Assembly (NCBI GenBank): GCA_038046085.1
Contig: JBBSWW010000020.1
Location: forward strand, 1-52,771
DNA: 52,771 nt
Origin: Nanobdellota archaeon
GTDB taxonomy: Archaea; Nanobdellota; Nanobdellia; SCGC-AAA011-G17; GW2011-AR18
Direction: 5' to 3'
The position numbers and the translations under genes are program-made. Below are positions 43,678-52,771 of the stretch, in pieces (within the stretch, counting starts at the first letter, position 1; each line of letters begins with the position of its first letter). Below the pieces are notes generated by a model. The model did no database searches, had not been told where the DNA came from, and saw nothing but the letters and a program-made list of their open reading frames with translations.

Positions 43678-44932
43678 TACTATTTTCAAATCCTAATTTT
43701 CTTAATACATCTTTTCCATATAACTGCTTATAGTATCCATCTTCTGCTTCGCTCTCATTGAATCTTTTCATACTATCTCTTTTTACTCCTTTCTTGAAGT
43801 GTAATAATGGTACTGCATCTGACGCATGTCCTCTTAATTCACATGGGCAGGCATGGTCTCCTGTTACTATGAATTCTACATCATCTAATTTTCTTAAAAA
43901 TCCAAAGAACTCTTTGTCTATTAGTTCTATCATTTTCTTCTTCTCTAGTGGATTATTGTCATGTCCCATCACATCTATCTCTTTGAAATGTATAAAATAT
44001 TTACTCAGATTTCCTTTCTTTATCATTATCTTGCTATAAGCTAGTGTCTCATTTAATCCTTTATACAGGTTGTCTAGTAATCCTTTATTTGTTGTTTCTG
44101 GATAATCAAACTTTAACACTTTCATTCCTGATAATTTAGCTATTCCTACCTCTAATGGCATTGATACAACTGCTCCCCATCCCTCTTTCTTAGGCAATTC
44201 AGGCAATATTGTTCCTGCATCTCTTGGTAGTATTGCATTTGCTTTCAGTAAATATTTATTATTTCTTTGATTGTTTATAGGATGATTCTTTAATATTTCT
44301 TGGCATTGTTTTACAAAACTATTAATAACGTTCGCACTTACTTTTGTTCTTCTCTCAGGATCTAGTGCTCTGCACTCTTCTATATTATTGATATTATTAT
44401 TTACTGCAACTCCAAATCTTCCAACTCTTTTGTATGCCGGATCTACATTTGATATATTATCTGAAAAATCTCCTCCTTTGATTATTAATACTCCTCTGTG
44501 TCCTACTGTTGCTTTGAATTCAAAATCATAATCTAGTTTTACTTCTTTATTTATTGCTTTCTCTAATTCTTTAGATTCTTTTGTTGTTAATGTCCTTCCT
44601 ACTCTCCTGTCTAGTATTAATCTGTTATCTACTGTTGCGAAATTTGTTCTTAATGCTAGATTTCCATTCTTGAAATCCATTCCAGCTCCGTAAGCTTCTA
44701 ATGGTCCTCTTCCATAATAATATTTTATTGGATCATATCCTAATAATGCCATTATTGCTTCATCACTTTCTGGCGCTAATTGTTCATTCACTGTATATAC
44801 ATACCCACCATTTCCTCTACTAGCAAAATAATCTAAATTAGGTGTTTTAGCAGCTTCTAACGGTGTTAATCCATCTAATAATTTACATGCTCTATCTCCA
44901 ACTCCATCTAGAATTATGAATATTTTCACCAT
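43658..44932 (-). CDS. apgM: 2,3-bisphosphoglycerate-independent phosphoglycerate mutase, archaeal type (ApgM)
   Basis: It has FIILDGVGDR...GLTPLEAAKTPNLDYFA at the N-terminus, plus the metal-binding motifs DVMGHD and GDHACP. Confidence 0.85.
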   Translation of the reverse strand: MVKIFIILDGVGDRACKLLDGLTPLEAAKTPNLDYFASRGNGGYVYTVNEQLAPESDEAIMALLGYDPIKYYYGRGPLEAYGAGMDFKNGNLALRTNFATVDNRLILDRRVGRTLTTKESKELEKAINKEVKLDYDFEFKATVGHRGVLIIKGGDFSDNISNVDPAYKRVGRFGVAVNNNINNIEECRALDPERRTKVSANVINSFVKQCQEILKNHPINNQRNNKYLLKANAILPRDAGTILPELPKKEGWGAVVSMPLEVGIAKLSGMKVLKFDYPETTNKGLLDNLYKGLNETLAYSKIMIKKGNLSKYFIHFKEIDVMGHDNNPLEKKKMIELIDKEFFGFLRKLDDVEFIVTGDHACPCELRGHASDAVPLLHFKKGVKRDSMKRFNESEAEDGYYKQLYGKDVLRKLGFENSITEKEN

Positions 44933-45000
44933 CTTGTTTTTCTCTGATTAATTTTAGTATTTAATATTATCGTTCAACAAAGTTTTATATTACTTCTTAT

Positions 45001-45999
45001 ATGTTCAATGATATGAAAATCAAGCAAGTGCCTGAAGATTTTATTGTTGATGAAGTTATTCAGTTAAAATTAGTTAAAGATAGGACTAATTATGTTATTT
45101 TTAAATTATCTAAGAATAATTGGGATTCTTTTAAAGTTATGAATAATCTCTCTAAAGCTTTGAATATTAAAAATAAATTGATAGGTTATGCTGGCAATAA
45201 AGATAAGATTGCAATCACATCTCAGTATGTCTCTTTCTATAGGATTCCTAAGGAAAGGATTGAAAGGATTAAGATGCATGATGTTAGATTAGAATTTGTT
45301 GGTTATGCTCATGACAGGATAAATCTTGGAGATTTGGATGGTAATGATTTTATTATCACATTAAGAGATTTGGATAAGGAAGTAGTTATCCCTAAAAATA
45401 TTCAATTAGAGAATTATTTTGGTGATCAAAGATTTGGTAATAAAGCAAATACTCATTTAGTTGGTAAAGCTATTATTAAGAAAGATTTCAAATTAGCTTG
45501 TGAATTATTGAATATCACAATTAGTAATAATGATTTTATTTTTGAATTAAGGAAGCAGCCTAGAAGGTTATTAAGGTTTTATATATCAAGTTATCAGGCT
45601 TTTATATGGAATAGATTATTGAGTGATTTTATTAAAAAACAAAAGAATAGTTTCAAGATTAGTTCTAATTCTGGAGATCTATACTTATCTAAATCTAGTA
45701 TTGAAAATTTCAAGCTTCCTTTGATAAGTTTCGATTCTGAATTATCAGATGAGTTAAAAGTTATTTTAGAAGAGGAGAATATCTCATTGAAGGATTTCAT
45801 TATTCCTCAGATGCCTGAACTGACAACTGAAACTGTTTATAGGAATGCTTTCATTGATGTTAAAGATATATCTTATGAATATAGTGATGATGAACTGAAT
45901 AAAAATAAATTAAAAATAGTTATAAAATTCTTCCTTCCTAAGGGTTGTTATGCAACGATGTTATTGTCTAAATTAGAAAGTTATTTAAACGAAAATTAA
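45001..45999 (+). CDS. truD: tRNA pseudouridine synthase TruD/Pus7 family
   Basis: It has KQVPEDFIVDEV at the N-terminus, GYAGNKDK (catalytic Asp) and the NYFGDQRFG motif. Confidence 0.85.
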   Translation: MFNDMKIKQVPEDFIVDEVIQLKLVKDRTNYVIFKLSKNNWDSFKVMNNLSKALNIKNKLIGYAGNKDKIAITSQYVSFYRIPKERIERIKMHDVRLEFVGYAHDRINLGDLDGNDFIITLRDLDKEVVIPKNIQLENYFGDQRFGNKANTHLVGKAIIKKDFKLACELLNITISNNDFIFELRKQPRRLLRFYISSYQAFIWNRLLSDFIKKQKNSFKISSNSGDLYLSKSSIENFKLPLISFDSELSDELKVILEEENISLKDFIIPQMPELTTETVYRNAFIDVKDISYEYSDDELNKNKLKIVIKFFLPKGCYATMLLSKLESYLNEN

Positions 46000-46011
46000 G
46001 AATATAAGTTT

Positions 46012-48048
46012 ATGCTTGAGCTTTTAGATAAGAGGGTGAGAGAGTTTAATAAACTTCTTAAGACCAGTCATGATTTTATTAAAGAAAATAAGTTCTCTGA
46101 AGCTTTAGAATATTATAACCTTTTAAACAAGCATTTCAATCATGTCCCTAAAGCTCATCGTACTAAAGAAATGTCTGATGGTCTTAGGTTAGTCTATGAA
46201 GAATTAAGATTATACATGAGGATCAATGAAGCTTATAGTTTAGCTAAGAAAGGTGATTTCTCTAAGATGAATGAAGAACTGAATACAATTAATGAGATTG
46301 TCCATGATTTGCATTCAGAAAATTCCAAAGAAATTCCCCCATTATTAGAATCTACTGAAAAATATTTCACTTTCCTTAAGGAAGTATACAGTTTTAGTGT
46401 CTCTAAGAAATCTTTTGTTGAGCATTACAATAATATTAATTCAGATATTGAGAATATGGATATAGCTAAAGCTAATGATGAGATATCTAAATTATTTTAC
46501 TTATACCATAAAATCTCTCCTTTCATTTCACGTAAGGAAAAATTTGAATTGTATGATATGCTTAAATCTACTTACAAAGAACTTTCTATTAAGAACTTGA
46601 TGAAGAAAGCTCATATGAGGAGTTTCTCTATTTTATATGCCCCTGAAAAGATACAGAAACCTAGTAATGAACTCCATATTGAGATTCCAGAATTTAATAT
46701 CAAGTCTACTAATTTCAAGTTTGATAGTATCTATAATGATATCAGGTCTTTGATTAAGAAAGATAAGTATTTTGATTCTTTTGTTAAATATGAAGAACAG
46801 TTGATGGACAATTATCTTGCTCATGATTTAGTTTCTGATTTTGAAAAGCCTAAGGTAGATATGCCTCATCATGATAAGCTTTTGAAGATGCCGAAGTTCA
46901 GGCTGACTGATGTTGTTTTCTATTCTAAAAAATATGATAATATACACAAATTAGTAAGTAAAGGTAAGTATGTTGATGCTGTTAATCTTTATGAGAATGA
47001 GATTGTCCATAATGCTTTCCCTAAATTATTGTTGGATGAAAAATTTAATTTAGACAAGATTAATAATCCTAAGCACGAGAAATCTTTAGTACTTCCAAAT
47101 TTCAATGGCAATGATATTGCTAAGTATGATAGTGCCTACCATAAGGTCCATAGTTCTGTATCAAGGAAAAATTATCATAAGGCTCTTGAATTTTATGAGA
47201 AAGAAGTTAACAATAATAAGTTCTTCAAGGATCTGGCTGATGACTTCAATCTTCCTAAAGTAAAAAATCCTGAACATGATAAGTTTGTCATTCTTCCCGA
47301 ATTCAATAAATTGGAGACAGCAGATTATTCTGAAAATTATGAAAAAGTTCATGAATCATTGGATGAAGAAAACCTCTCAAAAGCTGTTAAGTTTTACAGG
47401 TCAGGCATTGATCATAACTCTATTAAGAATATTCTTAAAAATAAATTCGAGATTCCTAAGATTAAAGAACCTCATAATAAGTTAGAGCATCATGATTTTA
47501 AACCTCAGGAATTAGCAAATATTCCTAGAGAATTAGAAAAACTTCATGATAAATTAGAGAAAGAGATCCCTAAAGCAGAACTTGTTGTCCCTAAAGTCTT
47601 CATTAATCATAAACCCCAATTTAGAAACTTTATAGCTCCTGAATCAGTATCTTATCCTAAACAATTTAGTATAACACATAATAAAATAAAGAATAACACA
47701 TATTTCCCTAAATCAGATGTTCAGATTCCTAATATTAAATTAAATAATTATAAGATATCTAAACGTGAAGTGAAGACTCAGGATGTTGTACAATATTCTA
47801 AGGACTTTGATAAGATACATGATGATATTGATTCTGGTGATTATGATAAGGCTCTTTCTCTTTTAGATAATAGGAAAGTGACTCATAAACCATTTGAGAT
47901 TAAGAAAGTTAAAATTAATACTAAAGCTCCTGTTATTCTTGACAAAGCTCCTAAGCCTGTTCATTATAGTAAGAATTATTCTAAGATCAATTCATTATTG
48001 AAGAAAGGTAATTATGAAGATGCTCTGAAACTGTATGAAAAGATTTAG
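46012..48048 (+). CDS. repeat protein of unknown function (at least six copies of a ~65-70-aa unit)
   Basis: The recurring unit is (F/L)x(L/I)PK(V/I)xxPxH(D/E/N)K...P(E/N/K)F...Y(S/D)xxYxK(I/V)Hxx(L/V)xxxxYxxAxxxYE. Confidence 0.5.
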   Translation: MLELLDKRVREFNKLLKTSHDFIKENKFSEALEYYNLLNKHFNHVPKAHRTKEMSDGLRLVYEELRLYMRINEAYSLAKKGDFSKMNEELNTINEIVHDLHSENSKEIPPLLESTEKYFTFLKEVYSFSVSKKSFVEHYNNINSDIENMDIAKANDEISKLFYLYHKISPFISRKEKFELYDMLKSTYKELSIKNLMKKAHMRSFSILYAPEKIQKPSNELHIEIPEFNIKSTNFKFDSIYNDIRSLIKKDKYFDSFVKYEEQLMDNYLAHDLVSDFEKPKVDMPHHDKLLKMPKFRLTDVVFYSKKYDNIHKLVSKGKYVDAVNLYENEIVHNAFPKLLLDEKFNLDKINNPKHEKSLVLPNFNGNDIAKYDSAYHKVHSSVSRKNYHKALEFYEKEVNNNKFFKDLADDFNLPKVKNPEHDKFVILPEFNKLETADYSENYEKVHESLDEENLSKAVKFYRSGIDHNSIKNILKNKFEIPKIKEPHNKLEHHDFKPQELANIPRELEKLHDKLEKEIPKAELVVPKVFINHKPQFRNFIAPESVSYPKQFSITHNKIKNNTYFPKSDVQIPNIKLNNYKISKREVKTQDVVQYSKDFDKIHDDIDSGDYDKALSLLDNRKVTHKPFEIKKVKINTKAPVILDKAPKPVHYSKNYSKINSLLKKGNYEDALKLYEKI

Positions 48049-48058
48049 ATTAAAAAAG

Positions 48059-48066
48059 TTTAAATA
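48059..48066 (+). promoter_or_regulatory. TATA-box-like element upstream of 48089
   Basis: TTTAAATA ends 22 nt upstream of the ATG. Confidence 0.35.
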
Positions 48067-48088
48067 CCTCTTTTATAGTGAATGATAT

Positions 48089-48622
48089 ATGAAATACTCA
48101 GAAGCTGAAATAGCTGCTAAAAATGCGGAAGAATTAGACTATATAAAAAGAGTTTTTCATGAAGATCTTGGCAGGGTATTGAAATCCTTTAATGATTTGC
48201 AAAAATTTCTCAAAAGTTATAAATTAATATTTAAAGTGATTAATAATGAAGTAAATACTGATAACATTAATGAGCTGTATGCTATTCACAAATTCTTGAT
48301 AAGACCTAAAACCTCTGCTGTTCATAATGGATTTTATGATGTAGAGATAACTCTTAAGGGGCATATCATAACAGAGAGAAGCAAGACTTCTAAAAGTTTT
48401 ATGATCTTTTTTAAAAGAAAGGAATTTAGCGATTTTAATTATTATATGGTTTCACTTGACTCCTTATTCATAATGATAAAAAGATTGTCTGCAAGTAAAA
48501 CTCTTCCTTTGGAAATAAGACGATATAATCATGAATACTTTAAGAATTTAGAAAAGAATATTCGTGATGAACTTATTATAGATAAAGGCAAAATTACAGT
48601 TAAAGTTGAAGATTCTAAATAA
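48089..48622 (+). CDS. hypothetical protein
   Basis: This is a 177-aa ORF with its own TATA-like box. I recognise no family. Confidence 0.4.
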   Translation: MKYSEAEIAAKNAEELDYIKRVFHEDLGRVLKSFNDLQKFLKSYKLIFKVINNEVNTDNINELYAIHKFLIRPKTSAVHNGFYDVEITLKGHIITERSKTSKSFMIFFKRKEFSDFNYYMVSLDSLFIMIKRLSASKTLPLEIRRYNHEYFKNLEKNIRDELIIDKGKITVKVEDSK

Positions 48623-48656
48623 AAAGCTTTAAATCTCTTTTATTCTGATTAATTGT

Positions 48657-49919
48657 ATGTTCGGATTTTTAAAAGATAAACTGAAAGGAGCTATTAGCAA
48701 GTTCTCCAAATCTGTTGAGGAAGAATCTAAAGAGGAATTTACACCTGTTGAGGATAAGCCTAAGAAAGAAACTAAAAAATCTGAAGAGAAGAAAGAAGTT
48801 AAACATAAAGAAGTAAAAAAGAAAGATCATAAAGTTAAGGAGAAAACAAAAAAAGTAGTTGAAGAAAAAAAGCTAGAAGTTGTTGAAGAAGAGATTAAAA
48901 TAGAAAATAAAGATGTTAAAGAATCTGTTGAAGTTAAAGAAGAAAAAAGTTTCTTTTCTAAATTAAAAGATAAATTCACAATTAAGGAAGAATCTAAAGA
49001 AGAATTCAAACATGTTGAAAAGCAAGAAATTAAAGAAGAAAAAAGTTTCTTTGATTCTATTAAAGAAAAGATTACGACAACTAAAATCTCTAATGATAAA
49101 TTTGAAGAATTATTCTCCGAACTAGAAATTGGTTTATTAGAAAGTAATGTTGCTTTAGAAGTTATTGATAAAATTAAAGATGATCTTAAGACTAATATTG
49201 TTGACAAGCCAATTAAGAGAGGTTCTGTTGAGGATGAAATTAAGAATGGTTTGAAATCAAGTATTGAAGATCTTTTCTTAGTTCCTAATATTAATTTAAT
49301 AGATAATATTAAAAATAAATCTCCTAAACCTTATGTTATCTGTTTTGTTGGAATTAATGGTTCTGGTAAGACAACTTCTATATCTAAAATTGCTAATATG
49401 TTAAAACAAAATAAATTATCTGTTGTTCTTGCTGCTTCAGATACTTTCAGAGCTGCAGCTATTCAGCAATTAAAGGAATGGGGAGAAAAACTTAATCTAA
49501 AAGTTATTGCTCATGATTATGGTTCTGATCCTGCAGCAGTTGCTTTTGATGCTATCTCTTATGCTAAGGCTCATAATATTGATGTTGTTTTAATTGATAC
49601 AGCAGGTAGATTACATTCTAATAAAGATTTGGTTAGAGAGATGGAAAAAATAGTTAGAGTTTCAAAACCTGACTTAAAATTATTTGTTGGTGAATCTATT
49701 ACAGGTAATGATTGTACAGAACAATGTAAAGAATTCAATAGTGCAATTAATATTGATGGTATTATATTATCAAAAGCTGATATTGATGAGAAAGGTGGAA
49801 CAATGGTTTCTGTCTCTTATATCACTAAAAAACCTATATTATACTTAGGAACTGGCCAGTCTGTTAATGATATTAAGGAATTCAATAAAGATGAAATAAT
49901 TAAGAATTTAGGGCTTTAA
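48657..49919 (+). CDS. ftsY: signal recognition particle receptor FtsY
   Basis: It has a Lys/Glu-rich N-terminal A region followed by an NG domain with GINGSGKTTS (G1), DTAGR (G3) and SKAD (G4). Confidence 0.9.
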   Translation: MFGFLKDKLKGAISKFSKSVEEESKEEFTPVEDKPKKETKKSEEKKEVKHKEVKKKDHKVKEKTKKVVEEKKLEVVEEEIKIENKDVKESVEVKEEKSFFSKLKDKFTIKEESKEEFKHVEKQEIKEEKSFFDSIKEKITTTKISNDKFEELFSELEIGLLESNVALEVIDKIKDDLKTNIVDKPIKRGSVEDEIKNGLKSSIEDLFLVPNINLIDNIKNKSPKPYVICFVGINGSGKTTSISKIANMLKQNKLSVVLAASDTFRAAAIQQLKEWGEKLNLKVIAHDYGSDPAAVAFDAISYAKAHNIDVVLIDTAGRLHSNKDLVREMEKIVRVSKPDLKLFVGESITGNDCTEQCKEFNSAINIDGIILSKADIDEKGGTMVSVSYITKKPILYLGTGQSVNDIKEFNKDEIIKNLGL

Positions 49920-49982
49920 ACAATAAATATTTACTAAAAACCAAATGCAAATAGTTAAAAATAAGTTTCTTATATGTAGATT

Positions 49983-50678
49983 ATGCATAGAAAGAATAAA
50001 TATGTTGATTTTGTTTCTGATGAACATTTTTTAAAATGTGTTAAATGCGTATGTGATGCTTATCCTATTAAATCAGGTAGCATAGATATGAAAAGATTAA
50101 GGAAAAATGGTATTGATATATTTAAAATGTTATTTGATGTTGTAAATAGTAATATCTCTGTTGATGATTGGGTTAAGAATGAAGTTATTAGGCAGTCTGA
50201 TAAATCTATAAATAATAAAGTTGGCGAATTTCACCAAAAATTATTAGGTGGTGTTAAAGGATGGGTTGATTTAGGTATTGGTGATGATTCTAAAGTAGAT
50301 TTAAAAAATAATGAAAATACAATTTTTATTGAATTAAAAAATAAGTTTAATACTGTAAATTCTGATTCTTTAATTAAGGTACGTGATAAACTTGTTTTAG
50401 CAGTTAAGAATAATCCTAAAGCAATAGCATATTGGGCTTATATAACTAAAAAAGATGGTTCTTCTGGCGAAGCAATCTGGAATTACAAAGGTGATAATAA
50501 TCCACAAATAAAATGTATGTGGGGAGCAAGAGTATATGGGTTAGTTACTAATGATGCTACATCCCTTGAAAAAACATGGAAGGCTATTCCTCAAGCAATT
50601 AACGACTTATTTAATAAAAAATTAAGCTCTGATGATCTCAGTAAGCTCATGAGTTTCTTTAAAACTGGTATTAGCTGA
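49983..50678 (+). CDS. putative type II restriction endonuclease (partner of the C5-MTase)
   Basis: The 231-aa product has a PD-(D/E)xK-like D...E-L-K arrangement (VDLKNNENTIFIELKNK). It converges on and overlaps the adjacent methyltransferase gene. The family is not identified. Confidence 0.5.
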   Translation: MHRKNKYVDFVSDEHFLKCVKCVCDAYPIKSGSIDMKRLRKNGIDIFKMLFDVVNSNISVDDWVKNEVIRQSDKSINNKVGEFHQKLLGGVKGWVDLGIGDDSKVDLKNNENTIFIELKNKFNTVNSDSLIKVRDKLVLAVKNNPKAIAYWAYITKKDGSSGEAIWNYKGDNNPQIKCMWGARVYGLVTNDATSLEKTWKAIPQAINDLFNKKLSSDDLSKLMSFFKTGIS

Positions 50679-51647
50679 ATTATCTAGAGCTTTTATTATT
50701 TGTTTGCCTATAGACTCTGAAAGTTTTACTGGCACAGCATTCCCAATTTGTTTATATTGTGATGTTATACTTCCTAAAAACTGCCAATCATCAGGAAAAG
50801 TTTGAATTCTTGCATACTCTCTTATCCTAAATGGTCTTGTTTCGTCAGGATGACATCTTTCTGTTTGTTTTTGTGATGGTGAAGTTGTTAATGTAAGGGA
50901 TGGTTCATTCCAAGAGAGTCTTCTAGCCATGCCTCTTTTTCCTCCACCACTATTATAACTTTTTCCTAAAAATTCTTTTTGCAAATCTAAGGGTAAATTT
51001 ATCCAACTCCCACCAGGAGGAACTAGATCTAATATTTTTTTTCTTTTAGCTGAATAAGTAGTGCCTGGTGATATAGGTACATCTTTTAATGCTTCACGTA
51101 AAGTTTTTATCTTAAGGTGTTGTTCAGGAAATTCAAATTCTATTCCAGGTAATGTTCCAATAATTACTATTCTTTGTCTTTTTTGAGGGACTGAGTAATT
51201 GACAGCATTTAGTACTTTATATTTTACATTGTACCCTAATGATGAAAGGATGTTTAACATAGTATTTAATGTTTTCCCATTATCATGAGATATTAGTCCA
51301 GCAACATTTTCTGCCCAAAATATTTTTGGTTTTATTTCTTTGACTGCTCTTACAAATTCAAAGAATAAAGTTCCTCTAATATCATCAAATCCCAATCTTT
51401 TACCAGCATAACTGAATGACTGACAGGGAAATCCACCTGTTAAAACATCAGCATTAATTCCTTTAAAATCAATTTTTTTTATATCGTCATGTAATATATT
51501 CCATTGAGGTCTATTTTTTTTTAAAGTTGCTACACAATCTTTATCTAATTCATTTAAAAGTATTGTATTTAATCCTGCTTTCTCTAATCCTAAAGCAAGA
51601 CCGCCGGCACCAGCAAAAAGTTCTACAGATGTATATCCTCTTTTCAT
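50622..51647 (-). CDS. dcm: DNA (cytosine-5)-methyltransferase
   Basis: It has motif I ELFAGAGGLALGLEKAG, motif IV GGFPCQSFS, motif VI ENV and motif X QIGNAVP. Confidence 0.9.
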   Translation of the reverse strand: MKRGYTSVELFAGAGGLALGLEKAGLNTILLNELDKDCVATLKKNRPQWNILHDDIKKIDFKGINADVLTGGFPCQSFSYAGKRLGFDDIRGTLFFEFVRAVKEIKPKIFWAENVAGLISHDNGKTLNTMLNILSSLGYNVKYKVLNAVNYSVPQKRQRIVIIGTLPGIEFEFPEQHLKIKTLREALKDVPISPGTTYSAKRKKILDLVPPGGSWINLPLDLQKEFLGKSYNSGGGKRGMARRLSWNEPSLTLTTSPSQKQTERCHPDETRPFRIREYARIQTFPDDWQFLGSITSQYKQIGNAVPVKLSESIGKQIIKALDNSANTSFKETHELTEIIRA

Positions 51648-51734
51648 TTATTTAATATAGATTTCAAACTTAAAATATCTTTCTGTTTCATTCGCGTAAG
51701 TCTTTTGCTTTAAACTGCAAAATTTTTGTATTCT

Positions 51735-52448
51735 TTAAACAATAACTCCATTTAATCCAAATATTATCTTTAATAATAATCCTACTCCATATCCTATTAC
51801 TGCACATACTATTCCTATTAGCATTAACTCTAAACCTGATCTTTTCCAGTTTCCTATGCTTAATTTTGCTTTTAATGCTCCTACTATGAATAATATTATT
51901 GCTGAAAATATTAGTGATGTTATTATTCCGTTTTTTATATTTAGTAAAAAGAATGGTAATATTGGTATTATTGATCCTATTACTGTAGCTAATCCTACAA
52001 TAGCTGCTACACTTAATGGCTTTTCATACTCTTCAGGACTTAGGTTATGTTCTTCCTGCATTATTGTTTTTGCCCATGTTTTTTTATCTGAAGTTATCTT
52101 ATTAACTATTGAACTTAATAATTTTCCTCTGAATCCTTTATTATAATATAATTCTCTTATCTGTTTTATCTCTGTTTTAGGCTGTTCTCTTATCTCTTGC
52201 TCTTCTTCTTTTATTCTACTTTGATAATATTCTTTTGCTGCTTTACTTGAAGTATAAGCTACTGCTCCCATTGATATTGATTCAGCTACTAATGATACTA
52301 AACCTGCTATTATCACTATTTTTTTATCAGCTGTTGCACTAGCAACTCCTAATACTAATCCTAAAACATTTACTATTCCATCCTGTCCGCCAAGAATTAA
52401 GTTTTTAAAATTAAATTTACTTGACTTATGGCTCATCTCTTTTTTCAT
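51735..52448 (-). CDS. VIT1/CCC1-family iron/manganese transporter
   Basis: It has the LILGGQDGIVNVLGLVLGVA motif, a central acidic helical insertion (EEEQEIREQPKTE) and C-terminal TM helices. Confidence 0.85.
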   Translation of the reverse strand: MKKEMSHKSSKFNFKNLILGGQDGIVNVLGLVLGVASATADKKIVIIAGLVSLVAESISMGAVAYTSSKAAKEYYQSRIKEEEQEIREQPKTEIKQIRELYYNKGFRGKLLSSIVNKITSDKKTWAKTIMQEEHNLSPEEYEKPLSVAAIVGLATVIGSIIPILPFFLLNIKNGIITSLIFSAIILFIVGALKAKLSIGNWKRSGLELMLIGIVCAVIGYGVGLLLKIIFGLNGVIV

Positions 52449-52481
52449 TAATATTCACTTTATATTTTTAATAGTTAACTA

Positions 52482-52489
52482 TTTAAATA
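52482..52489 (+). promoter_or_regulatory. TATA-box-like element upstream of 52510
   Basis: TTTAAATA ends 20 nt upstream of the ATG at 52510. Confidence 0.35.
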
Positions 52490-52509
52490 TTTATAGTTAA
52501 TTCAATAAC

Positions 52510-52764
52510 ATGGCAAGCGTCGCGATTTTTCAATTTAAAAGAGCAGAAGATCCTAAATATTGTCTGGCTGTTCATAGCGATATGGGCCTTATGATTACTG
52601 ATACGTACGCCACAATAGATGAACTAAAAGATGGTTATGCATCCTGGAAAACTTTAGCAAATGATTTAGGAAAAGGAGAACCTGTTCCTTTAGAAATTTT
52701 AGAAGTAAGACCTGACAGGCAGCTTGTTGTCTCTTCTATAGATAGAAAACTTCTTGAAGAATAA
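52510..52764 (+). CDS. hypothetical small protein
   Basis: This is an 84-aa ORF with a TATA-like box. I recognise no family. Confidence 0.35.
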   Translation: MASVAIFQFKRAEDPKYCLAVHSDMGLMITDTYATIDELKDGYASWKTLANDLGKGEPVPLEILEVRPDRQLVVSSIDRKLLEE

Positions 52765-52771
52765 TTAAGCA

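Noticed and set aside
1-52771. A search for integrase or transposase genes or tRNA-flanked boundaries that would define the defence region as a mobile island.
   Set aside because: I recognised no recombinase, transposase, tRNA or long terminal repeat, so mobility is not supported beyond the 51-nt repeats.

Overview
The window is very AT-rich (roughly 30% GC by eye) and gene-dense, and it is clearly archaeal. Markers include RadA, aEF-1beta, aIF2-alpha, Nop10, ribosomal proteins L44e and S27e, CDP-archaeol synthase, a geranylgeranyl reductase, EndoQ, a GINS subunit, ApgM, TruD, FtsY and an A24 prepilin-type peptidase. Short genes, TTTAAATA boxes about 20-30 nt upstream of start codons and many 4-nt gene overlaps suggest a small-genome, DPANN-like lineage; this is inference. 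I found no rRNA, tRNA, CRISPR array, transposase or integrase.

Three accessory regions stand out.

(1) 2293-10654 is a surface locus. It has a 1211-aa LamG-repeat, sequon-rich adhesin whose C-terminal ~180-aa domain recurs in two small secreted proteins. Three membrane-anchored Ig-like proteins accompany them. I propose this as an undescribed fibre/adhesin assembly system, and it is my best candidate for the novel system.

(2) 19447-24016 holds four secreted, TM-anchored or lipoprotein genes. Three of them are Cys-rich paralogues of no family I recognise. The whole segment is bracketed by inverted copies of a two-gene small-membrane-protein module.

(3) 29841-43677 is a defence and toxin-antitoxin island. 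It is dominated by a collinear type I R-M operon (hsdR...hsdS...hsdM) carrying seven extra embedded genes: PIN-like, DUF1016 nuclease, KilA-N plus a truncated copy, a TM protein and two unknowns. A flanking ORF6N gene is bounded by 51-nt direct repeats. The island also holds DUF4258/DUF2283 and MNT/HEPN pairs.

A VapBC pair lies at the left edge and a convergent, overlapping type II R-M (C5-MTase plus putative REase) lies near the right edge.

All family calls rest on motifs I recognise by eye. No searches were run.
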